Below, piece after piece: positions 16,909 through 24,512 of a stretch of DNA of 26,750 nucleotides; within the stretch, counting starts at the first letter, position 1; every line of letters begins with the position of its first letter. The notes below the pieces were generated by a model. It was not told the DNA's origin. It ran no database searches and worked only from the letters and a program-made list of their open reading frames with translations. The DNA is from Vulcanimicrobiaceae bacterium. Its GTDB lineage: Bacteria; Vulcanimicrobiota; Vulcanimicrobiia; Vulcanimicrobiales; Vulcanimicrobiaceae. The position numbers and the translations under genes are program-made. Where the stretch lies: assembly GCA_046262595.1 (NCBI GenBank), contig JBHEMM010000014.1, positions 12,938 through 39,687 of the forward strand, given 5' to 3'.

Positions 16909-17313
16909 ATGAGAACACTCGCGCCCAGCCCCGACGTCGTCGCCCCGTATCGCGAGGCGGGCCTTCCCCCGAAAGGCACGCCGAAAAATTACCTGATGGC
17001 TTGGCTGCTTGTCATGCTTAAAGAGCAGAACCTGCACGGCTACGAAATCATGAAGGCGCTCAAGTCGAAATTCGACGTAATCTCGGACCCCGGTACGGTC
17101 TACCGCGCGTTACGTCAACTCGAGCGAGACGGATACATTTCCTCGTGGTGGGATCCGAAAGACCAGGGACCGGCGCGCCGGATCTACACGCTGACCGCAC
17201 AGGGGAATCAAGCCCTCGCCCTTTGGAGCATCGCGCTCGAGCAATATCGCTCGAATCTCGATGCTTTTTTTACGCTGTACAGCGGCGAGTGGGCCGCGGC
17301 TGCGGGGGAGTAA
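16909..17313 (+). CDS. PadR-family transcriptional regulator, PhaQ-like
   Basis: PKNYL...LKEQNLHGYE...DPGTVYRALRQLE...SSWWD...GPARRIYTLT..G...W...LEQY...LDAFF. GGAGAG RBS at 16892-16897. Confidence 0.88.
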   Translation: MRTLAPSPDVVAPYREAGLPPKGTPKNYLMAWLLVMLKEQNLHGYEIMKALKSKFDVISDPGTVYRALRQLERDGYISSWWDPKDQGPARRIYTLTAQGNQALALWSIALEQYRSNLDAFFTLYSGEWAAAAGE

Positions 17314-17343
17314 CCGCTGTTCGCGGCTGCGAACCGCGAGCGA

Positions 17344-18138
17344 GTGTCTGAAATACTTTTCTTGGGAACCGGCGGCGCGCGTTTTGTCGTCGCGCGCCAA
17401 TTTCGCGCGTCCGGCGGCATGTGGATGCGTTTGGGCGCCACGCAAATCCACATCGACCCGGGGCCGGGAGCGCTCGTCCGCGCGCTCTCCCACGTTCCGC
17501 CGTGCAATCCTCGCGAATTGGACGGTATCGTGCTTTCGCACAAGCATTTGGATCACGCCGGCGACGTTAACGTCATGATCGAAGCGATGACCTCGGGCGG
17601 ATTTCAACGCCGCGGCGTGCTGCTGGCGCCGCGGGACGCGCTCGAAGGCGAAGCAGTGGTCTTCCCGTACGCGCAAAGATTCCTGGACCGCGTCGAGATC
17701 GCACGCGAACGCGCGGGGCCGTACCGCATCGCAGAGGTGGAAGTGCGCACGTCGGTGCGCCATGTGCACGCCGTCGAGACCTACGGCATGCACTTCAGCG
17801 CGAACGGGCGCACCGTCTCCTATCTTCCTTGCGGCCGCTACTTCGAGGGTCTGGCGCAGGATTATGCCGCGCACAAGCCCGATGTACTCGTCATCAACGT
17901 GCTGCGTTTCCACGACGGCATGGACGTCGACCATCTCACGTTCGATCGCGCGCGTGAAGTTATCATGCAAGCGGGTGCGCCGGTGACCGTCATGCAGCAC
18001 TTCGGAACCAAGATGCTCGAACAGGATCCGCGCCGGCTCGCCGGCGAGCTGGAGGACGAACTCGGCCGTCGCGTGATCGCCGCGTACGACGGCATGCGCT
18101 TGGACGTGGACGTCGAGGTTGCAGCCGTTGGCGCTTGA
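17344..18138 (+). CDS. MBL-fold metallo-hydrolase
   Basis: Motifs FLGTGG, IDPGPG and SHKHLDH (HxHxDH), followed by VRHVH, DHL and QHFG. Confidence 0.9.
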   Translation: MSEILFLGTGGARFVVARQFRASGGMWMRLGATQIHIDPGPGALVRALSHVPPCNPRELDGIVLSHKHLDHAGDVNVMIEAMTSGGFQRRGVLLAPRDALEGEAVVFPYAQRFLDRVEIARERAGPYRIAEVEVRTSVRHVHAVETYGMHFSANGRTVSYLPCGRYFEGLAQDYAAHKPDVLVINVLRFHDGMDVDHLTFDRAREVIMQAGAPVTVMQHFGTKMLEQDPRRLAGELEDELGRRVIAAYDGMRLDVDVEVAAVGA

Positions 18139-18553
18139 GGTGCTGCGGGTGCAGCCGGGAGCCGTACGAGATTTCATAAGCAGCCGAGAGCGTGAAGCAT
18201 TGAAAACGTTTTACGGCTTCAGTGTCGTATGGCACGAGCAGCAGCACGCTTTTCTCGCTGAAGACGAGGGCGAGGCGACGGGCGCCGCGCAGATCACCGT
18301 CGCTGCTTCGCTGGCGCACGTCGACTGCGTTATCGTCTCGGCGGAACGGCGCCGCCGCGGCGCCGGCCGCGCGCTGCTGCAAGCAGCGGCGGATACGGCC
18401 AACTATTACAACTGCCACAAGATGACGGCGATGGTGCCGCACTTGAGCGGCGCGCAGACGTTTTTCGAACGCTGCGGCTATAAGGTAGAGGCGGTGCTTG
18501 CACAGCACACGTTCAAGGCCGACATCGCCGTCCTGCGCAAATTCTTGCTCTAG
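18128..18553 (+). CDS. GNAT family N-acetyltransferase
   Basis: Acetyl-CoA motif V...RRRRGAGRALL and AQTFFERCGY. Start uncertain (18119, 18128 or 18140). Confidence 0.85.
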   Translation: MALEVLRVQPGAVRDFISSREREALKTFYGFSVVWHEQQHAFLAEDEGEATGAAQITVAASLAHVDCVIVSAERRRRGAGRALLQAAADTANYYNCHKMTAMVPHLSGAQTFFERCGYKVEAVLAQHTFKADIAVLRKFLL

Positions 18554-19529
18554 CGCCCCACTTTTGCTGCACGCGCGCGTTCTTGCGCAGCGATCCGTCG
18601 TACAGGAAAACCGTTCCGTTGCCGGCGTTCAGCGTAACGACCGGGCCGCCGCCGTTCACGATGGCTTGCGTATCGGTCGGCGAACCGCTCACTGCCGCGC
18701 CCGGCCGGTCAAACGCGGAAACGATGCGGCCCGTCGCGCTATGTGCGCCGATCTGCACGCCGCCGCTTGCAACGCCCAAGGCAATGTTTCCTTGCTGCGT
18801 TTCGAAGCGCGCGAGCCCCGGCGCAAACGTGCCATTGTCGTAAACGATGTTCCCGCGAATGCTGCTCACTTCGATCTGGTGCGCGCTGCAGCGGCTGAAA
18901 AAAATATTGCCGGCGGCAGTCCGTGCGCGGATGCGTCCGTACGTCGAGTCGGAAACGGTGATTGTTCCGCGCGCCGCTTCCACGTACGCTTCTCCGCTGG
19001 AATCGTTGATGTCGATCGGGCCGTTGTGAAGACGTGCGACCAGAGCGCCGTGATAACCGTTCACGTGGACGGCCCCGCGCCCCGCCATCACGAGCACGAG
19101 TGCACTGTCTGCGGGCACCGTTACGGTGATCGACGCGCCGGAATCGCCGCCCAGGACCGCCACGCCGTCGTGCTGCGAACCCGCGATGCCGTCAACGGGA
19201 AAATCCTCTTGCTGCAGACGTAGCGCGCCCCGCGGGGTCTTTATCTCTGTGCCGAACACCGGCACGTCTCCACCGGGGATGGCGCGCCGGACGGCTTGCG
19301 CGGAGAAATGGCGGGCCTCAACCGGTGCGCTGGAAACGATCTGCACTTGAGCGCGGTCCCACGCGCGAAGCGTCAGTTCCGCCCAGCGCGCCTGAATGCG
19401 AATCACGGGTGACGAGCCGGCTTGCAGCAGCTGTGCGTTGGCGGTTTGCGCATTCGCCGGCGCAATGCAGAACAGCGCCGCGAACAGCGCGGCCACGGCG
19501 GTTAGCGGGCGAATGCGCGGCCGGTCCAC
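18513..19529 (-). CDS. Exported DUF4097/adhesin-type beta-strand repeat protein
   Basis: Signal peptide ending APANA, plus repeated G-x-I units (HNGPI, ARGTI, AAGNI, IRGNI, QQGNI, ATGRI, GNGTV). Start taken as GTG 19529. Confidence 0.75.
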   Translation of the reverse strand: MDRPRIRPLTAVAALFAALFCIAPANAQTANAQLLQAGSSPVIRIQARWAELTLRAWDRAQVQIVSSAPVEARHFSAQAVRRAIPGGDVPVFGTEIKTPRGALRLQQEDFPVDGIAGSQHDGVAVLGGDSGASITVTVPADSALVLVMAGRGAVHVNGYHGALVARLHNGPIDINDSSGEAYVEAARGTITVSDSTYGRIRARTAAGNIFFSRCSAHQIEVSSIRGNIVYDNGTFAPGLARFETQQGNIALGVASGGVQIGAHSATGRIVSAFDRPGAAVSGSPTDTQAIVNGGGPVVTLNAGNGTVFLYDGSLRKNARVQQKWGARARICAGRRCRP

Positions 19530-19535
19530 GATCTC

Positions 19536-19541
19536 ATTGTA
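19536..19541 (-). promoter_or_regulatory. Putative -10 box (TACAAT) of a leaderless-type promoter
   Basis: 5/6 match to TATAAT, 6 nt before GTG 19529, with no SD sequence. Confidence 0.55.
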
Positions 19542-19570
19542 GGTGTGCGCGCGTGCGCGGCCATGAGAAT

Positions 19571-20968
19571 CTAATGAAGACACGGCAGTTTGACCCGGAA
19601 CACGGTGCCGCCGCCGGGCGCGCCGTGCGCTTCCACACTGCCGTCGTGCACGCGTGCGATCGAACGCACGATCGCCAAACCAAGACCGGTTCCTGGAAGG
19701 GCGCGCGTGCGTGATTTATCGGCCCGGTAGAAGCGGTCGAAGACGAGCGGCAGTTCGGCCGGGGCGATTCCAGGACCGGTGTCGGCGATTTCGGCGACCG
19801 CCCAGCCGTCCCGCTCTGCGACGCGCACGCTTATCGCGCCGGCAGGCGTGAATTTGATGGCGTTGTCGATCAGGCTCGTGATCATTTGCCGGATCAGTGC
19901 GGCGTCGCCGCTCACGAAAGGCGTTGCTTCAACGGTAATCTCAAGCGAGAGGCCCTTTTCGAGGGCGCGTGCGTGCGTTGCCGTCACCGCTTCGCGCGCC
20001 GCATCCGCAAGACCGACGGGCTGCTTGGGTAGCGAATCGCCGGAGTCGGCTTTTGCCAGCGTCAGCATGCCGTTTACCATCGCCGCAAGCGACGAGCTCT
20101 CGTCGACGATCGTCTGCAGGCTTTCTTTGCGCACCGCCTCGTCGCGATCGCCCCAGCGCGCAAGCATCTGCGCGTTGGCGTTGATCGAGGTCAGCGGTGT
20201 TTTCAGTTCGTGCGAAGCGTCGCTGATGAAGCGCCGCTCGCGCGCGAACGCTTCTTCCAAACGCGCGAGCAGGTCGTCGAACGCAGCGGCGAGGCGTCCC
20301 ACTTCGTCTTGGCGGCCCTTCCAGCGCAGACGCCGGTGCAAACCTTCCGAACCGATACCGCGCATCGCCGCGGCAAGCTGGTTCAGCGGTGTGGTGACTT
20401 CGGAGGCCAGCACGAACGACAAGGCGCCGACGGCCAAGATCGAAACCAAAATGATCAACGCTATCGAGAGTTCCGTTTGACGCAGTGCCTCATTGAGCGC
20501 GTCGAGCGGTTCGCCGACTTGCACGATGAGGGCAAAATTTCCGCTGCTCAGCAATGCCGCTGCAACGAGGAACGGCCGCCCCGACGCGCGCGTTTCGCGC
20601 ATTGTAAACGGCGTGCGCGCCGTGATGCCGCTCGCTCCGAACGTGGAAACGCTGCCCATGTTGAAGCTTTTCGCCAGCGTGTAACCGCGCAAGTCGTCAA
20701 CTTCGATAAAGGTATTCAGTGCCGACCAGCGTTCCAAGTTATCCGGGTTTTCCAGCCGCAGCAGCGCATCCGGTTCGCCGATCAAGAATTCGCCCGGTGC
20801 GGATGCCACCGAGCGCGCAATGTCCTGCATCGTGGAGGTCAGACGTGCCTTGGTTTGGTCACGCAGGATCGATTCGAACCGCAGCGTGATCGCGATGCCG
20901 AGCGCGAGGATCGCAACGATGAGCAGCAGCGCATACCAGGTCGCAATGCGCAACCGCAGCGAATGCAT
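19571..20968 (-). CDS. Membrane sensor histidine kinase (2 TM, HAMP, HisKA, HATPase)
   Basis: HAMP motif DEVGRLAAAFD, H-box FISDASHELKTPLT, N-box LIDNAIKFT, DTGPGI, FDRFYR and GTGLGLAIV. Confidence 0.95.
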   Translation of the reverse strand: MHSLRLRIATWYALLLIVAILALGIAITLRFESILRDQTKARLTSTMQDIARSVASAPGEFLIGEPDALLRLENPDNLERWSALNTFIEVDDLRGYTLAKSFNMGSVSTFGASGITARTPFTMRETRASGRPFLVAAALLSSGNFALIVQVGEPLDALNEALRQTELSIALIILVSILAVGALSFVLASEVTTPLNQLAAAMRGIGSEGLHRRLRWKGRQDEVGRLAAAFDDLLARLEEAFARERRFISDASHELKTPLTSINANAQMLARWGDRDEAVRKESLQTIVDESSSLAAMVNGMLTLAKADSGDSLPKQPVGLADAAREAVTATHARALEKGLSLEITVEATPFVSGDAALIRQMITSLIDNAIKFTPAGAISVRVAERDGWAVAEIADTGPGIAPAELPLVFDRFYRADKSRTRALPGTGLGLAIVRSIARVHDGSVEAHGAPGGGTVFRVKLPCLH

Positions 20969-20973
20969 GGCCG

Positions 20974-21654
20974 CTAGTCTTTGATCGTGTAACCGACGCC
21001 GCGAACCGTCGAAATCAGCTTCTCGTCAAAGCCTTCGTCGATTTTGCCGCGCAGATACCGGACGTACACGTCGATTAAGTTTGAGTCGCCCAGAAAATCG
21101 CTTCCCCACACGCCGTTGAAGAGCTCGTCGCGGGAATGAACCTTGTTGCGGTGGAGCAGGAGATATTCCAGCAGGGCGTATTCTTTCGCGGTGAGTACGA
21201 CCGGTTTGCCGGCGCGCGAAACTTCATGCCGGTCGCGGTCCATCACCACATCGCGATAGGCTATCACGTTCGTGACCGGAGTTTTTTCACGCAGGCGGGC
21301 GCGGATGCGCGCGAGCAATTCAGCGGTTGAAAAGGGCTTGGTGAGGTAATCGTCCGCGCCGCAGTCCAAGCCGGCGACGCGATCCGCCACCATATCTTTT
21401 GCAGTCAGCATAATGATCGGCACGCGGCTCTTGGCGCGCACGCGCCGGCACACTTCCATGCCGTCCATGCGCGGCAGCATCAGATCGAGCACAACGAGGT
21501 CGGGTTCTTTGAGCGCGCGTTCCAAGCCCGAGAGGCCATCGCTTGCGACGTCCACCGCGTAGCCTTCGTGTTCGAGCTCGAGTTTGAGCACGCGGCTGAT
21601 CGCGGCGTCATCCTCAACGACGAGGATATGATGCGGGCGCTCGCTGTTCACCAT
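20974..21654 (-). CDS. OmpR/PhoB-family response regulator
   Basis: Motifs ILVVEDD, LDLMLP (phospho-Asp), LTAK and GADDYLTKPF, then the winged helix LTAKEY.LL...VDVY-like IDVYVRYLR...TVRGVGY. Confidence 0.95.
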   Translation of the reverse strand: MVNSERPHHILVVEDDAAISRVLKLELEHEGYAVDVASDGLSGLERALKEPDLVVLDLMLPRMDGMEVCRRVRAKSRVPIIMLTAKDMVADRVAGLDCGADDYLTKPFSTAELLARIRARLREKTPVTNVIAYRDVVMDRDRHEVSRAGKPVVLTAKEYALLEYLLLHRNKVHSRDELFNGVWGSDFLGDSNLIDVYVRYLRGKIDEGFDEKLISTVRGVGYTIKD

Positions 21655-21661
21655 ACCCTTG

Positions 21662-22030
21662 TTATCGGCGGACGGTGCGTGAAGCCCCCGGCACGATCAT
21701 TAAATTCAGTTGAGAAATCCAAAAGGCCGCGCTTGCGCCGACTGCTATCCAGAACAGCACGTCGAGGCGCGCAAGTGAAGTGAAGGCGTATGAAACAAGA
21801 GGCGCCGCGCTCTGGACTCCGGGCACGCCGCCTTGCGCCGCAACGATCACCAGCCAGGCGATAACTGCGCACAGCGCGCCGGCGAACGAAACTTCCCACG
21901 CCCGGATCGTGATGGGGGCGCGGTAGATGGTGCAGGCCAAAATATTCGCGCGCAGATCGGTGGGCGGCTCTTCGAGGTCGAGGGCGAAGAGCGCGCGTTC
22001 CAGTTCGTCGTCAGGTTCCGATGGTTTCAT
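21662..22030 (-). CDS. Putative membrane anti-sigma factor
   Basis: Overlaps the ECF sigma stop by 4 nt. Short cytoplasmic LEEPP.DLRANIL segment followed by two hydrophobic helices. Confidence 0.65.
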   Translation of the reverse strand: MKPSEPDDELERALFALDLEEPPTDLRANILACTIYRAPITIRAWEVSFAGALCAVIAWLVIVAAQGGVPGVQSAAPLVSYAFTSLARLDVLFWIAVGASAAFWISQLNLMIVPGASRTVRR

Positions 22031-22602
22031 TCGCTCACTCCCGCCGGGCTTTCGCTCAGCAGTTTGCGCAACTGGTCCTTCGCGCGGAACAGGTGCGTCT
22101 TTACCGTGCCGATCGGCATCTGCAGCACTTGGGCGATCTCCTCGTATTGCCGGCCCTGCAAGTGATACAGCGTGATAACGGTGCGGTATTTCTCGGGAAG
22201 GGCGCCGATTGCCGCATGCAGCCGGCCGGCTTCGTCTTTCGCGACGGCTTCGCGTTCCGGCCCGGCCGCGGGGTCGGCGCGCTCGGGCAATTCTTCATTG
22301 GAGTAACGTTTGCGGCGCGCCAAACGGTCGCAGCAGGCGTGATAGGTAATGGAAAAAATCCAGGTTGAAAATTTGGCCTCGGGCTTGAACGTGCGCAGGG
22401 CGCGGTAAGCTTTGAAAAATGCTTCTTGGGCGGCGTCGCGCGCCTCTTCGCGGTCGCGCAGCGTTCGCAGCGCCAAATGAAAAACAGCGCGGTCGTATCG
22501 CTCCACAAGCGTGCCGAATGCTTCCGGCCTGCCGGCCAGCGCATCGGCCGCCAAGGCCGAGTCGGAAATCAGGCCGGCCGGATCTATCGCTGGTGCCTCC
22601 AT
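22027..22602 (-). CDS. ECF RNA polymerase sigma factor (SigW/RpoE-like)
   Basis: Region 2 reads AFGTLVERY...ARDAAQEAFFKAY...FSTWIFSI. Region 4 reads LPEKYR...YEEIAQVL..PIGTVKTHLFRAK. Start moved to ATG 22602. Confidence 0.93.
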   Translation of the reverse strand: MEAPAIDPAGLISDSALAADALAGRPEAFGTLVERYDRAVFHLALRTLRDREEARDAAQEAFFKAYRALRTFKPEAKFSTWIFSITYHACCDRLARRKRYSNEELPERADPAAGPEREAVAKDEAGRLHAAIGALPEKYRTVITLYHLQGRQYEEIAQVLQMPIGTVKTHLFRAKDQLRKLLSESPAGVSE

Positions 22603-22625
22603 CAATACCGCAGCCACGCCCCACG

Positions 22626-22652
22626 TACGCGCCGCCCGCGAGCAATGTTTCG
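22626..22652 (-). promoter_or_regulatory. Putative ECF promoter CGAAAC-N17-CGTA driving the sigma operon
   Basis: On the minus strand, -35 is at 22652-22647 and -10 at 22629-22626, 23 nt upstream of the sigma ATG. Confidence 0.6.
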
Positions 22653-22678
22653 TGAAACATCCCGAGCCGCCCGCCGTA
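22653..22678 (+). promoter_or_regulatory. Putative ECF promoter TGAAAC-N16-CGTA driving the DUF6249-like gene
   Basis: Exact match to the Bacillus SigW consensus, with -35 at 22653-22658 and -10 at 22675-22678. Confidence 0.7.
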
Positions 22679-22764
22679 AATCCGGCATGCGGAATTCGCG
22701 CACCGACCAAATCGGAACCCGGGACGGCAGCATGCGCATCACCACGAACGGAGACCAATAGGTT

Positions 22765-23337
22765 ATGGAAAACGCCGACTTGACCGCCATCGTTGCGATC
22801 CTCGTCATCTTTGGAATGCCGGTCGCATACGGAATCTCCAGCCGGTGGTTCGCGCATCAGGAACGGATGGCCATGATCCAGCGCGGCATGACCCCGCCCG
22901 AGCCGCGCGCCGGGCGCCGGACGCCGCCTGGAGGGCCGGCTCCCGTTCCGCCCGGCTACGACATGGACTACGGCGAGTGGCAGGCAAACCGCATGCTCCA
23001 CAAGGGAATCGTGGTCGGCATGATCGGCCTGGCCATTCTCATCGGCCTTTCGTTCATCGACGGCATCGTCGGCTTTCACGGCCCGTGGCTTCTGGGCGGA
23101 TTGATTCCGCTCTTCATCGGTATCGCCCAAGTGATCATCGCGCTGCTCTCCGGCGCGCAGCTCGGCAACTTGCGCGGCGCGACCGCAGGCCCGCCCCTGG
23201 GCCGGCCGTCGACCCATCCTGGCCCGGAGATGTATGCGCCGCCGCCGCAACGCGACGTCACGCCTGCTCCTTCCGGTTGGCGCCCGGGAGTCATGACCGA
23301 ACTCGAACGGCCGCCCACTCCGCCCGACAACCGCTAA
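22765..23337 (+). CDS. Membrane protein, DUF6249-like, with Pro-rich linkers
   Basis: GGAGA RBS-like sequence upstream. N-terminal TM, HQERMAMIQRG, then two TMs ending GLIPLFIGIA. Confidence 0.75.
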   Translation: MENADLTAIVAILVIFGMPVAYGISSRWFAHQERMAMIQRGMTPPEPRAGRRTPPGGPAPVPPGYDMDYGEWQANRMLHKGIVVGMIGLAILIGLSFIDGIVGFHGPWLLGGLIPLFIGIAQVIIALLSGAQLGNLRGATAGPPLGRPSTHPGPEMYAPPPQRDVTPAPSGWRPGVMTELERPPTPPDNR

Positions 23338-23339
23338 AC

Positions 23340-23374
23340 AAAAAAGCCCCCGGTCGCAACCGGGGGCTTTTTTT
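23340..23374. terminator. Bidirectional intrinsic terminator
   Basis: AAAAAAGCCCCCGGT-CGCA-ACCGGGGGCTTTTTTT: a perfect stem with an A-tract and a T-tract, between two convergent genes. Confidence 0.92.
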
Positions 23375-23405
23375 GCTGCAGCTTATCTGTTTAGGCATTC
23401 GAGGG

Positions 23406-23546
23406 TCACTTGCAGCTGACCAGGGCGATCGCCCATCCGGCTGCAGTTCTTGTACGGACGAGATATCCGTCCGAAGTGCGGTCATAAACTTGATAGCCCG
23501 CTCTGAGCGCGTCGGCTAACGACTTAAAAACCATAAGACCTGCCAT
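23406..23546 (-). CDS. Small hypothetical protein (46 aa), not in ORF track
   Basis: MAGLMVFKSLADALRAGYQVYDRTSDGYLVRTRTAAGWAIALVSCK. AAAGGAGG SD at 23567-23560, TATAGT -10 upstream, terminator downstream. Confidence 0.85.
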   Translation of the reverse strand: MAGLMVFKSLADALRAGYQVYDRTSDGYLVRTRTAAGWAIALVSCK

Positions 23547-23581
23547 TGTTTTTTCGGACCCTCCTTTCCATATTTGCTCTC

Positions 23582-23610
23582 ACTATACCCTATAACGGCC
23601 GCAGGGTCGA
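23582..23610 (-). promoter_or_regulatory. Putative housekeeping-sigma promoter TCGACC-N17-TATAGT for the 46-aa gene
   Basis: -10 TATAGT at 23587-23582 and -35-like TCGACC at 23610-23605, with an AT-rich tract upstream. Confidence 0.55.
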
Positions 23611-23690
23611 AGAAGTTCAGTCAAATGTCGCATGTTAATGAAAAGTTTGGTTACGCAAGTATGTCGGATTTGTAACGAGAACCCTGCGGT

Positions 23691-24512
23691 ATGCCACTCA
23701 CGTCGACGGCAATGGTGCACGAGGTTCGCGTTTCCGATCGCGAGCAGCTCGCGCCGGGCGTGATCCTTCTTGGTTTTGACGCTCCCCGACTTGCACCCGT
23801 GACGAAACCCGGACAGTTTGTGATGGCAATTCCTCCGGCGGGAGAGCGGGCTGCAACCGCGCTCGGCATATACGAGGCGCAAGACGAGCGTGCGTCGATC
23901 CTGTTCTTCGTCTGCGGCCCGCGCACGCGCGAGTTGGAGATGTTGCGCGAAGGCGATCGGTTTGCGGTCACCGGTCCGCTTGGTAATGGTTTCACATTAG
24001 GCGATGCGCGTGACGTGGCGATCGTGGCAGGCGGCGTAGGTATTGCGTCGGTGCTGCTGGCCGCCCAAGCCGCCGTCCTATCGGGGAAGCGCGTGCGGCT
24101 GTTTTACGGTGCGCGCACGGCACAGCTGCTGGTCGAGGAAGGCCGTTTCGAACGTGAAGGCTGTGAGATACACGTGGCGACCGATGACGGCTCGCGCGGA
24201 CACGCCGGGTTTATCACCGAAGCGCTCGCATGCGTGCCCGACAAACCGGATCTGATACTTGCGTGCGGCCCCTCGCCGATGCTGCGCGCTACGGCGTTCG
24301 TGGCGGCGGCGATGGGCATACCGGCGCAGCTCTCACTCGAAGAAACGTTTGCATGCGGCGTGGGCGGGTGCTGGGGCTGCACCGTGCCGCTCGCGCGAAG
24401 CAGCGCGCAGGCGCCGGGTTTTCCGGACGTCGCCGCAGGCGGCAGTGAGGTCGTCAACGCGCGGATTTGCAAAGAGGGACCCGTCTTTTGGGCTCACGAG
24501 CTGCGCTGGTGA
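23691..24512 (+). CDS. pyrK: Dihydroorotate dehydrogenase electron transfer subunit
   Basis: Motifs PGQFVM, GPLGNGF, VAGGVGIA, ACGP and the 2Fe-2S motif ACGVGGCWGC...ICKEGPVF. Start is 23691 or 23712. Confidence 0.92.
   Translation: MPLTSTAMVHEVRVSDREQLAPGVILLGFDAPRLAPVTKPGQFVMAIPPAGERAATALGIYEAQDERASILFFVCGPRTRELEMLREGDRFAVTGPLGNGFTLGDARDVAIVAGGVGIASVLLAAQAAVLSGKRVRLFYGARTAQLLVEEGRFEREGCEIHVATDDGSRGHAGFITEALACVPDKPDLILACGPSPMLRATAFVAAAMGIPAQLSLEETFACGVGGCWGCTVPLARSSAQAPGFPDVAAGGSEVVNARICKEGPVFWAHELRW

Noticed and set aside
17110..18177. 355-aa minus-strand ORF
   Set aside because: It is antisense to the PadR and MBL hydrolase genes and has no motifs.
22603..23250. Apparent 215-aa N-terminal extension on the ECF sigma
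   Set aside because: It is antisense to the DUF6249-like gene and runs through the promoter region. The sigma domain begins at 22602.
23291..23485. 64-aa minus-strand ORF in the track
   Set aside because: It runs through the terminator and has no RBS. The 46-aa ORF in another frame has an SD, a promoter and a protein-like sequence.
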